Below, piece by piece: positions 40,783 through 49,015 of a stretch of DNA of 64,000 bases (position 1 is the stretch's first letter; each line of letters begins with the position of its first letter). The notes beneath the pieces are model-generated. The model was given only the letters and a program-made list of their open reading frames with translations, made no database searches and had not been told where the DNA came from. The DNA lies in contig JBAROK010000081.1 in the NCBI GenBank assembly GCA_049642065.1, positions 6,396 to 70,395 of the forward strand. Reading direction: 5' to 3'. This DNA comes from Candidatus Omnitrophota bacterium. GTDB taxonomy: Bacteria > Omnitrophota > Gorgyraeia > Tantalellales > Tantalellaceae. A program made the position numbers and the translations under genes.

Positions 40783-42186
40783 TCAGCGTTTTATCTGGAC
40801 AGTAAGATTGTCTACAACTGACCGGGTATTTTCGCTGTTTGCCAGTTCTTTGCCTATTTTATCACAAGCGTGGAGCACGGTAGTATGGTCCCGGCCCCCA
40901 AAGAATCCCCCAATATCCGGCAGCGAATAATCCGTGAGAGTCCTCGATAAATACATCGCAAGCTGCCGCGGATAAGCGATAGCCCGGGTTCTTTTTTTCG
41001 TCTTCATGTCGCCGATTTTAATATTGAAATAATCCGCTACAACCTTTTGTATAAGATCTATGGTAATCTTTTTCGCGTCGGTAGAGATCATCCCGCGAAG
41101 CACTTCTTTCGCTAGGGCCACCGTCAGTTCTTTACTGGTAAGCTTTGCCGATGCGACCACCCGGATAAGAGCGCCTTCTAGTTCCCGGATATTTGTCTTG
41201 ATGTTTTCGGCCAGGAAAAACAACACTTCCTTAGGAACTCGCACGGATTCGTTCTCGCTCTTTTTCTCGAGTATGGCGATTCTTGTTTCAAAGTCCGGAG
41301 GTTGTATGTCCGCTATCAGGCCCCATGCGAAACGCGAAACAAGACGCTCTTCAAGTGTTGGGATATCCTGTGGCGTGCGGTCACTCGAGACCACTATTTG
41401 CTTATGGGAGTCATGCAGCGCATTGAATGTATGAAAAAATTCTTCCTGTGTGGAATTTTTGCCTGCGATGAACTGGATATCGTCGATCAGCAGAACATCC
41501 ACGTTCCTGTACATGTCCCGGAATTTAGCCGTTGTACGGGTTCGGATGGCGCTTATAAGTTGGTTAGTAAACTCCTCGCTTGATATATACAGGACACGCG
41601 CCTTGGGACTTCTTTTTAGTATTTCCTGTCCCATTGCTTGCATAAGATGCGTTTTTCCAAGACCGACTCCTCCGTAAAGAAAAAAAGGATTATACACCCT
41701 GGAAAGTTTTTCGCAGATCGCCAAAGCTGCCGCATGCGCGAAACGGTTGTTTTCTCCTACAACAAAATTTTCGAAAGTATAATTGGGGTTTAATCCGATC
41801 TGTTGATACCGGCTTTCAGGCATGGTGCGAGTACCGCTGAAAACGGACTTCAGCCAGCCTTCGCTCTTCGCTTCTTTATGAGCATCTGGAGCCGGAGCAT
41901 ACCTTGTTGCCTGCGGCGCGGAAGTTTCTTCGGTTTTTTTCGGCACCGCTTCCACTATCTTGAACTTTACGTCCATGCCTTGACCGGAAGCTTGCTGCAC
42001 GGCGGTTGATATTAGGCTGATATATTTTTCACGGACCCAGTTCTCAAAGAATTTATTAGGAACGCCCAGGGTTACCGAAGAGGCGTCGACAGACACCTCT
42101 TGAATTGACAAAAACCAGGCATTGAAAACTTGTTCGTTGACTTCGGATCGGAGGATTGATAAGGCTTTTTCCCAGACGTTTTCCAT
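40783..42186 (-). CDS. dnaA: Chromosomal replication initiator protein DnaA
   Basis: 467 aa, AAA+ Walker A (GGVGLGKTHL), C-terminal DnaA-box binding domain. Confidence 0.95.
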   Translation of the reverse strand: MENVWEKALSILRSEVNEQVFNAWFLSIQEVSVDASSVTLGVPNKFFENWVREKYISLISTAVQQASGQGMDVKFKIVEAVPKKTEETSAPQATRYAPAPDAHKEAKSEGWLKSVFSGTRTMPESRYQQIGLNPNYTFENFVVGENNRFAHAAALAICEKLSRVYNPFFLYGGVGLGKTHLMQAMGQEILKRSPKARVLYISSEEFTNQLISAIRTRTTAKFRDMYRNVDVLLIDDIQFIAGKNSTQEEFFHTFNALHDSHKQIVVSSDRTPQDIPTLEERLVSRFAWGLIADIQPPDFETRIAILEKKSENESVRVPKEVLFFLAENIKTNIRELEGALIRVVASAKLTSKELTVALAKEVLRGMISTDAKKITIDLIQKVVADYFNIKIGDMKTKKRTRAIAYPRQLAMYLSRTLTDYSLPDIGGFFGGRDHTTVLHACDKIGKELANSENTRSVVDNLTVQIKR

Positions 42187-42428
42187 ATTTTATCGGCTAA
42201 AAGTGGTGCTAATTGTTGTTCACAGGAACTGGATTTTATCCACGAGAAACAAACGGGATATCAACAAGTTATCCACAGGTCGCGGCAAAGGAGTTTAACA
42301 TATCAAACTACGTTGAAAAGTATTATATCCAGTAGGAAGAGACAATGCAAGTAAATTTTTAGCTGAAAAAACTCAAACAGAAGAAAGTGCCTCCCGCAAG
42401 AGAAAAGCTTGGGAGGCCCTCATTTTTC
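42187..42428. other. oriC-like region II (dnaA upstream) with DnaA boxes
   Basis: TTATCCACG (42236-42244), TTATCCACA (42269-42277), ATATCAACA (42258-42266), AT-rich 42300-42370. Confidence 0.6.
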
Positions 42429-42456
42429 TTGACTTAGGAATACGGTGTGCTATAAT
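42429..42456 (+). promoter_or_regulatory. Promoter for rpmH-rnpA-yidD-yidC-jag (extended -10)
   Basis: TTGACT-N16-TGcTATAAT. Confidence 0.55.
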
Positions 42457-42501
42457 CACAATTCCGTTTAATATCAATAATATGCAAGAAGGAGTTTATC
42501 G

Positions 42502-42639
42502 GTGAAAAAGAATTTAAAGACAAAATCTAACCTGAAGCGCAAAAGAAAGCACGGATTCCGCAAAAGAAGCAGCACTAAGGCGGGTACGGCCATTTTGAAC
42601 CGGAAACGGAGCAAGGGGACTAAAGTCCTGTCCGCGTGA
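42502..42639 (+). CDS. rpmH: 50S ribosomal protein L34
   Basis: Not in the ORF track (45 aa). GTG start with an AAGGAG RBS 7 nt upstream. [45 protein letters not shown], homologous to L34. Confidence 0.85.
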   Translation: MKKNLKTKSNLKRKRKHGFRKRSSTKAGTAILNRKRSKGTKVLSA

Positions 42640-42986
42640 AGATAAGACATATACTCAAATCAAAAGATTTCGTCGAGATTCTGAAAAATGGCGAAAAACT
42701 TAAAAACAAACTGGTCTCTGCTCATCTAAAGCGCGAAACAGGCGGCAAAGAGCTTAGTGTGGGTGTTATCGTTTCAAAGAAATGCGCCCCAAAGGCCGTG
42801 ACCAGGAACTATCTGAGGCGCATCATTTACGCATACTTCCGAGAGGCGGGCGCCAAATGGGCAAAGGGCACCAGGATCGTGGTAAGGCTTTCCTCAAATG
42901 TATCTGAAATAAAAAAGAGGCCCTTGTCGCAAGAGGTCAGAAAAAACCTTGCAAGAATAGCCCAAAAAGCACAAGATAAAAAATGA
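42636..42986 (+). CDS. rnpA: Ribonuclease P protein component
   Basis: 116 aa basic protein, GTG start overlapping the rpmH stop (GTGA). RnpA family; canonical rpmH-rnpA order. Confidence 0.85.
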   Translation: MKIRHILKSKDFVEILKNGEKLKNKLVSAHLKRETGGKELSVGVIVSKKCAPKAVTRNYLRRIIYAYFREAGAKWAKGTRIVVRLSSNVSEIKKRPLSQEVRKNLARIAQKAQDKK

Positions 42987-43213
42987 AAAGAGCCCTAATC
43001 GCTACAATAAAAGCATACAGAAAGCTCACAAGTCCTTTAAATAGAAGGAGTTGCAGATTTCATCCGTCTTGTTCAGAATATGCGATGGAAGCGCTGGAAA
43101 GATACGGAACAGTTCGGGGAAGCCTAATGTCCGCATGGAGGATCTTGCGGTGTAATCCTTTTTCTCGGGGAGGATTCGACCCCGTGGTCAAGGAGCGGCA
43201 GGGTTCAGTCTAA
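42983..43213 (+). CDS. yidD: Membrane protein insertion efficiency factor YidD
   Basis: 76 aa, conserved Cys motif ([11 protein letters not shown]). Confidence 0.85.
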   Translation: MKRALIATIKAYRKLTSPLNRRSCRFHPSCSEYAMEALERYGTVRGSLMSAWRILRCNPFSRGGFDPVVKERQGSV

Positions 43214-43238
43214 ACGGCTAGATTTAAGGAGCAAGTTA

Positions 43239-44834
43239 ATGGAAAAAAGAATGATCGTTGCGATAGCGCTGTCTTTGTTGATCCTATTGGGGTTCCAGGC
43301 CCTTAACGCCAAGAAGAAAGTCCACATGGGCACGCAATACATCCCCTCTTCCGGGGCCCCAGCAAGCCAGGGCGTTGCCGGAGCGCCAGCACCTATCGCT
43401 GCACCTGGCCCAGCAGAAAAAGAGCCGCTTAAAGAGAGTCTGACAGAAATATATACCGGAAACTACAAAATAATCTTCTCGAATGTCGGTGGTAGCATAA
43501 AGAGCCTAACCCTGATTGCCGACGACGAACAGGACCTTCTTTTCAGCGAAGAAACCCTGACGGAAAGACCCCTTGCTCTGCAAAGCAGCACAATAGCGGG
43601 TTTGGAGCGGAAAAAATATGAGATGAACCGGGGCGAGAATTTTATAGAATATAAACTAACAGAACCGGGCTGGATAGAGCTTACAAAGCGGTATACTTTT
43701 CAGAAGCAGGAAGACTACATTAACCTTAACGTTTTAGTTAAGAACATTGCCGGAAGAAGCATTAATTTCACTTATACGATAACTGGCCCCTCCGACCTTA
43801 AGAAAGCGGGAAGCATTACAGGGCGAAGCTTTTTAGAGGCAAATACGATGATAGACGGCAAACGCTGGAAAGCTAAATCCGTAAAGGGCATGCAGGAAAA
43901 AATGGGCGACATTTCCTGGACAGCTCTTAAGAACAGGTATTTTACGGCAGTATTAAAACCGTTTACACCGCCTAAAACCGTGATTTTACAGGCATTAGCG
44001 GGCAAGAATCTTTTGACTGCCCTGCGCATGCACCCACAGGAAATAGCTCTGGGCGAGACAAAAGAAGACGCCTTTCTTCTGTATGTAGGGCCGCTGGACG
44101 ATAAAAAACTTGCCGCAATAGGAGACAACCTACAGGAACTTGTAGATTATGGTTTTTTTGGTGCGGTTAGCAAGGTCCTTTTGTCCATTTTAGCCTTTTT
44201 CTACAAGTGGACGCACAACTGGGGCGTAGCCATTATTTGTCTGACCATCTTGATCAACATTGTCCTCTTCCCGCTTACCTTTAAAAGCTTTTCTTCGATG
44301 CAGCAGATGAAGAAGGTTCAGCCCCATATGCAGAAACTCAAAGAGCTGCACAAGGATAATCCGCAGAAGCTTAACAAAGAAATGATGGAACTATACAAGC
44401 AATACAAGGTGAACCCCCTGGGTGGCTGCCTGCCGTTAATTCTGCAAATGCCCATATTCATTGCGTTATATCAGGGGCTTATGCGTTTCATAGAGCTAAA
44501 AGGATCGAATTTTCTGTGGATAAAGGATCTGGCAAAACCCGATGCGGTTCCCCTGCCCTTTTCTCTTCCGGTGCTGGGTGCGAGCATAAACATCCTGCCG
44601 CTTCTTATGGTCGGAGTGATGTTCCTGCAGCAAAAGGTATCGCAAGGAATGTCGGGTGGAGCAATGACTGACGATCAGGCGAAACAGCAAAAAATGATGA
44701 TGCTCATGATGCCGGTATTTTTTGGGTTCCTTTTTTATAAAATGCCCTCGGGCCTTGTGTTATACTGGCTAACCAACACGATACTGATGACGACCGAACA
44801 GACGCTCATAGGCAGACGCATGGCCGAAAGGTAA
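43239..44834 (+). CDS. yidC: Membrane protein insertase YidC
   Basis: 531 aa, N-terminal TM helix, periplasmic domain, C-terminal 5-TM 60-kDa insertase core. Confidence 0.9.
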   Translation: MEKRMIVAIALSLLILLGFQALNAKKKVHMGTQYIPSSGAPASQGVAGAPAPIAAPGPAEKEPLKESLTEIYTGNYKIIFSNVGGSIKSLTLIADDEQDLLFSEETLTERPLALQSSTIAGLERKKYEMNRGENFIEYKLTEPGWIELTKRYTFQKQEDYINLNVLVKNIAGRSINFTYTITGPSDLKKAGSITGRSFLEANTMIDGKRWKAKSVKGMQEKMGDISWTALKNRYFTAVLKPFTPPKTVILQALAGKNLLTALRMHPQEIALGETKEDAFLLYVGPLDDKKLAAIGDNLQELVDYGFFGAVSKVLLSILAFFYKWTHNWGVAIICLTILINIVLFPLTFKSFSSMQQMKKVQPHMQKLKELHKDNPQKLNKEMMELYKQYKVNPLGGCLPLILQMPIFIALYQGLMRFIELKGSNFLWIKDLAKPDAVPLPFSLPVLGASINILPLLMVGVMFLQQKVSQGMSGGAMTDDQAKQQKMMMLMMPVFFGFLFYKMPSGLVLYWLTNTILMTTEQTLIGRRMAER

Positions 44835-44843
44835 GGGACCAAT

Positions 44844-45047
44844 ATGACAAATAAAAAAGAAGAAGTTACAACCATAGAAGTAGAAGCGGTCACAATAGAA
44901 GAAGCTATAAGGAAAGCGCTTAAGACGCTTCATGCTAACAAACAGCAGGTCAAGATAGAGGTTCTCAAAGAAGAACGCAAAGGTCTTTTTGGTATGGAAG
45001 GCGCAGAACTTGCCAAGATCCGCGTTACAGTGAAAGACTGCGATTAA
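44844..45047 (+). CDS. jag: Jag N-terminal-domain-only protein (KH/R3H part absent)
   Basis: 67 aa, Jag_N-like (IEVEAVTIEEAIRKALKTL); stop at 45047. Confidence 0.6.
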   Translation: MTNKKEEVTTIEVEAVTIEEAIRKALKTLHANKQQVKIEVLKEERKGLFGMEGAELAKIRVTVKDCD

Positions 45048-45230
45048 TTTCGCTCCACCCCATCCCCCGGGAAAACACAAGATATACCCCAAGGCACAAA
45101 CTGTTGATAACCTGTGTGTATGCACATAACCGCTTTACTTGATAATAGTTACACGGCTTAACATCTTTAATAACTCTGTGGATGAATCTATTTCTACCAC
45201 AAGCTGTTGGGTATGACCCGCGTAACTAGT

Positions 45231-45254
45231 CAAAGTTTCCACGTGGAAACTTTG
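45231..45254. promoter_or_regulatory. parS-like palindrome copy 1 (CAAAGTTTCCACGTGGAAACTTTG)
   Basis: Perfect 24-bp palindrome with core GTTTC-CACGTG-GAAAC. Confidence 0.5.
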
Positions 45255-45274
45255 TTCTCACTCTCCTGTCCGGT

Positions 45275-45298
45275 TCATGTTTCCACGTGGAAACATGA
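45275..45298. promoter_or_regulatory. parS-like palindrome copy 2 (TCATGTTTCCACGTGGAAACATGA)
   Basis: Perfect 24-bp palindrome. Central 18 bp TGTTTC-CACGTG-GAAACA has the canonical parS arms but a 2-bp longer centre. Centres are 44 bp apart. Confidence 0.5.
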
Positions 45299-45371
45299 AA
45301 ACAGGAGCTCACAAAAATTTTTTCGCAGACCCGCCCTTCCCCTTGCCCCAAGGGCATTGCAAGGAAAGACC

Positions 45372-45391
45372 CTGGTATCATACCAGTTTTT
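45372..45391 (+). terminator. Possible weak terminator after jag
   Basis: ctggta-tca-taccag hairpin followed by ttttt. Confidence 0.3.
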
Positions 45392-45414
45392 AGTTGTATA
45401 TATTTTCGAAAACC

Positions 45415-45443
45415 TTGACATTTCAAATGCGGTGTGTTATATT
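45415..45443 (+). promoter_or_regulatory. parAB promoter
   Basis: TTGACA-N17-TATATT, about 50 nt upstream of the parA ATG. Confidence 0.55.
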
Positions 45444-45492
45444 TTTTTTAAATTAAAAAATTCCTACCAACAATCAACCCGGAAGGCGCAAA

Positions 45493-46323
45493 ATGAAAAA
45501 GATAGCTTTTTGCAACCAAAAAGGCGGCGTAGCGAAAACCACTTCAGCGATCAACATTGCGGCCTATCTTGCGATACATGGCAAAAAAACACTTTTAGTA
45601 GATCTTGATCCGCAGGCTAATGCGACAAGCGGAGTTGGTGTCGCAAAAGCTAAAATCGAAAATAGCATTTACAATGTACTGCACGAGCACATAGATATCT
45701 CACAGGCAATATTGCCAACAGAAATAGATAACTTGCTTATAATACCGTCAAACATACATCTTACCGGAGCTGAAGTTGAACTGGTAAATGTCATGGGCCG
45801 CGAGTATCGGCTGAAAAAAGCTCTTCAGGAAATGCAGCACGAGTTTGATTACGTGATTTTCGATTGTCCGCCGTCGTTAGGGCTTTTAACGATAAATGGG
45901 CTTGCGGCTGCGAATTCCGTGATAATCCCGATACAGTGCGAATATTATGCTCTTGAAGGGTTGGGCCAGCTGATGCAGACGTTAGAGCTCATTAAAGAAA
46001 ACCTTAACGAAAGATTGGAAGTAGAAGGAGTATTAATGACCTTAGCAGACTACAGGACCAATCTTACAAAAGAAGTAATAAGCGAAGTAAAAAAACACTT
46101 TAAAGAGAAGGTATACAAAACAATTATTCCCAGGACGGTGAAGTTGACAGAAGCTCCTGGGTTTGGAAAACCGATTGCTTTGTATGCAGAGAATTCAATC
46201 GGGGCAAAGAAATATTCAGATGTTGCAAAAGAGATACTGGGACTACCCTTAACAATAGAGACTATTGAAACAGAGCAGGTTATAACAAATGTGGAGGAGG
46301 GTCATGGAGAAGAGACTGGGTAA
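45493..46323 (+). CDS. parA: Chromosome partitioning ATPase ParA/Soj
   Basis: 276 aa, deviant Walker A KGGVAKTT. Confidence 0.9.
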   Translation: MKKIAFCNQKGGVAKTTSAINIAAYLAIHGKKTLLVDLDPQANATSGVGVAKAKIENSIYNVLHEHIDISQAILPTEIDNLLIIPSNIHLTGAEVELVNVMGREYRLKKALQEMQHEFDYVIFDCPPSLGLLTINGLAAANSVIIPIQCEYYALEGLGQLMQTLELIKENLNERLEVEGVLMTLADYRTNLTKEVISEVKKHFKEKVYKTIIPRTVKLTEAPGFGKPIALYAENSIGAKKYSDVAKEILGLPLTIETIETEQVITNVEEGHGEETG

Positions 46324-47137
46324 AGGATTGGGAGCATTGATCTCGGAAGACGTTGGTAAAAGCAAAGAAAAGGTTGAAAAATTGCGCTTAGCCGAAATCA
46401 TTCCAAACCCATTTCAGCCAAGAAAAAAATTCGGTACAGAGAAAATGGACGAGCTGGTTAAGTCGATCAAAGAAAAGGGCGTTATACAGCCGATACTGGT
46501 AAGACCCGTGGATGCAGGCTATGAGATAATAGCCGGAGAGCGTAGGTGGAGAGCGGCAAAACAGATCGGTACAGACGAGATACCCGCTATCATAAGAAAC
46601 GATATTGATGATGCGAACAGCCTGGAAATATCACTCATCGAAAACGTTCAGAGAGAAGAGCTTAATCCCATTGAGGAGGCAGAGGCGTATCAAGAGCTTA
46701 TAGATAAGTTCGAATACACGCTGGATAAAGTAGGCCAGATGATGGGGAAGGATAAAACCACCATATCCAACAGCATCAGGCTATTAAGCCTTTCTTCCGA
46801 CATAAAAGGCTATGTGGAAGACGGCAAGATATCTATGGGACACGCAAAGGTATTGCTTTCGGTAGTGAGCGAACAGAAAAGACGAAAACTAGCTAAAGCT
46901 ATTATTCAAAAGGGGATATCGGTTCGCGAGGCAGAGCAGCTTGTAAAAAGGCTGGGAGAAACAAGGACTCGGGCCAGGAGGGAAGAGGATCCAGACAAGA
47001 CTCGCGTGGAAGAGACTCTTCAGCATAAACTGGGGACAAAGGTTCGCATACACCAGGGCAAGAAAAGGGGGCACATCGAAATACAATTCTTTTCTAACGA
47101 GGACCTGGACAGGGTGCTCAAGCTGATACTATCCTAA
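46304..47137 (+). CDS. parB: Chromosome partitioning protein ParB/Spo0J
   Basis: LGKGLGALI N-terminus, ParB box, HTH. Start at MEKRLGKGL with a GGAGGAGGG RBS, overlapping the parA end. Confidence 0.9.
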   Translation: MEKRLGKGLGALISEDVGKSKEKVEKLRLAEIIPNPFQPRKKFGTEKMDELVKSIKEKGVIQPILVRPVDAGYEIIAGERRWRAAKQIGTDEIPAIIRNDIDDANSLEISLIENVQREELNPIEEAEAYQELIDKFEYTLDKVGQMMGKDKTTISNSIRLLSLSSDIKGYVEDGKISMGHAKVLLSVVSEQKRRKLAKAIIQKGISVREAEQLVKRLGETRTRARREEDPDKTRVEETLQHKLGTKVRIHQGKKRGHIEIQFFSNEDLDRVLKLILS

Positions 47138-47172
47138 TAGCCTTAAACGGTTGTGGCAGAAGCACTTATGAG

Positions 47173-47207
47173 GGCGCATGCTTTTTATCGCATGCGCCTT
47201 TGTTGTT
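47173..47207 (+). terminator. Rho-independent terminator after parB
   Basis: ggcgcatgc-tttttatc-gcatgcgcc hairpin followed by tttgttgtt. Confidence 0.55.
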
Positions 47208-47220
47208 GGGCGAAAAATAC

Positions 47221-47249
47221 TTGACAATACCCACTCAAAGTAGTACTAT
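47221..47249 (+). promoter_or_regulatory. pyr operon promoter
   Basis: TTGACA-N17-TACTAT. Confidence 0.5.
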
Positions 47250-47276
47250 CTTTTAGGAACAAAAACCTTTTAAAGC

Positions 47277-47360
47277 GGTCCAGAGAGGCCGGAAAAGGAG
47301 ATAAGGATGAAAAAAATATATCTACAAGCCTGCTTGTCATGTGACGGGGAGGCTATTTTT
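47277..47360 (+). promoter_or_regulatory. PyrR-binding RNA element plus attenuator terminator (pyr leader)
   Basis: GGUCCAGAGAGGCC matches the PyrR box consensus (RUCCNGNGAGGYU) at 47277-47290. Hairpin 47321-47348 plus UUUUUUU at 47353-47360 precedes pyrR. Confidence 0.6.
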
Positions 47361-47400
47361 TTGCCCGGATTCGGGCAAACATAACAATAAAGGCAGAAAA

Positions 47401-47952
47401 ATGAATCTCAGAAAAAAATCCATAGTACTAGATAGCGAAGGAATAAAAAGGACAATTCAGAGAATATCGCACGAGATAATAGAAAAAAACCAGGGAGTGG
47501 AACAGTTGGTAGTTATAGGAATAAGATCCAGGGGCGCTTACCTGGCAGAAAGGATCGCAGAAACCCTTAAGTCGATAGAAGGTAAAGAGGTTCCGGTTGG
47601 CGCGATGGACATTACCATGTACAGGGATGATCTTACTGAAGTTGCGGAGCAGCCAGTCGTAGGCTCGACAGATATAGACTTCGATATAACAGAGAAAAAG
47701 ATAATCTTGGTAGATGACGTTCTTTTCACGGGGCGGACCGTAAGGTGCGCGCTTTCGGAGCTGATAGATTTCGGTAGGCCGGCGAACATACAGCTAGCGG
47801 TCCTTATAGACAGAGGGCACAGGGAGCTTCCGATAAGACCGGATTTCGTGGGCAAGAACATCCCAACAACTGCCGCGGAAAGCGTGGAAGTGAAGATCAA
47901 GGAAGTTGACGATACCGAAGAAGTGGTGATCGTGGAGGGGAACGAGGAATAA
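47401..47952 (+). CDS. pyrR: Bifunctional pyrimidine operon regulator / uracil phosphoribosyltransferase PyrR
   Basis: Start placed at MNLRKKSIVLDSEG (183 aa); the ORF track's upstream start lies inside the attenuator hairpin. PRTase motif ILVDDVLFTGRT. Confidence 0.85.
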   Translation: MNLRKKSIVLDSEGIKRTIQRISHEIIEKNQGVEQLVVIGIRSRGAYLAERIAETLKSIEGKEVPVGAMDITMYRDDLTEVAEQPVVGSTDIDFDITEKKIILVDDVLFTGRTVRCALSELIDFGRPANIQLAVLIDRGHRELPIRPDFVGKNIPTTAAESVEVKIKEVDDTEEVVIVEGNEE

Positions 47953-47984
47953 GCTAACCCAACAAAAAACAGGACAATAGTCTT

Positions 47985-48941
47985 ATGAAAAAGCAAAAAA
48001 CATTAAAATGGACAAAGAAACATCTTCTGGGGATAGAAGAGCTTTCCGCGGAAGAGATAACACTTATCCTGGATCAGGCAACAGGGTTCAAGGGGGTAAT
48101 GGAGCGGGCCATACCGAAAGTTCCTACACTAAGAGGGAAGACCATAGTGAACCTGTTTTGCGAACCGTCCACGAGAACGCGCTCATCGTTTGAACTGGCG
48201 GCTAAAAGACTAAGCGCGGATACGCTTAATGTTGCTACCGCTTCTTCAAGTTTCCTGAAAGGAGAGACGCTGAAAGATACAGCCAGGAATATCGAAGCGA
48301 TGAAAATAGACATGATAGTTATGCGCCATAGCTGTCCGGGAGCGCCGCATTTCCTCTCAAAATGTGTCAAGGCATCAGTAGTGAATGCTGGAGATGGGGC
48401 GCATGAACATCCGACACAGGCCTTACTTGACGTTTTTACGATAAGAGAAAAACTGGGCAAGGTGAAGGGTCTTAACGTGAGCATAATAGGCGACATCTCT
48501 CACTCAAGAGTAGCGCGCAGCAACATATGGGCCCTTACAAAACTTGGGGCCAATGTAACAGTATGCGGACCGAAGACCTTTATGCCGGCAGAAATAGAAA
48601 AACTGGGGGTCAAGGTCACATACGATGTTACTGAAGCGATAAAGGGTGCAGACGCACTGAACGTGCTCAGGATACAGCTTGAAAGACAGGAGAAATCACT
48701 TTTCCCGAGCATCAGGGAATATGTAAAGAATTTCGGGATAACAACGGAGAGGTTATCCAAACACGCAAAGAAAGATCTGGTTATTATGCATCCGGGTCCT
48801 ATCAATAGAGGCGTAGAACTGAGCCAGGACGTTGCTGACTGTGAATGCTCTGTGATCTTGGAACAGGTAACCAATGGTGTAGCAGTAAGAATGGCAGTAC
48901 TCTTCCTGCTAAGCCAGATAAAAACAGACCGAATGGAGTAA
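47985..48941 (+). CDS. pyrB: Aspartate carbamoyltransferase catalytic subunit
   Basis: 318 aa, STRTR carbamoyl-phosphate-binding motif, HPxQ, HPGP. Confidence 0.9.
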   Translation: MKKQKTLKWTKKHLLGIEELSAEEITLILDQATGFKGVMERAIPKVPTLRGKTIVNLFCEPSTRTRSSFELAAKRLSADTLNVATASSSFLKGETLKDTARNIEAMKIDMIVMRHSCPGAPHFLSKCVKASVVNAGDGAHEHPTQALLDVFTIREKLGKVKGLNVSIIGDISHSRVARSNIWALTKLGANVTVCGPKTFMPAEIEKLGVKVTYDVTEAIKGADALNVLRIQLERQEKSLFPSIREYVKNFGITTERLSKHAKKDLVIMHPGPINRGVELSQDVADCECSVILEQVTNGVAVRMAVLFLLSQIKTDRME

Positions 48942-49015
48942 AAATAGTAAATAATGACCTAAAGTATAAGCAGGTACCCAAAATATAGAGAAATACAACA
49001 AAAAGTGGAGAAAAG

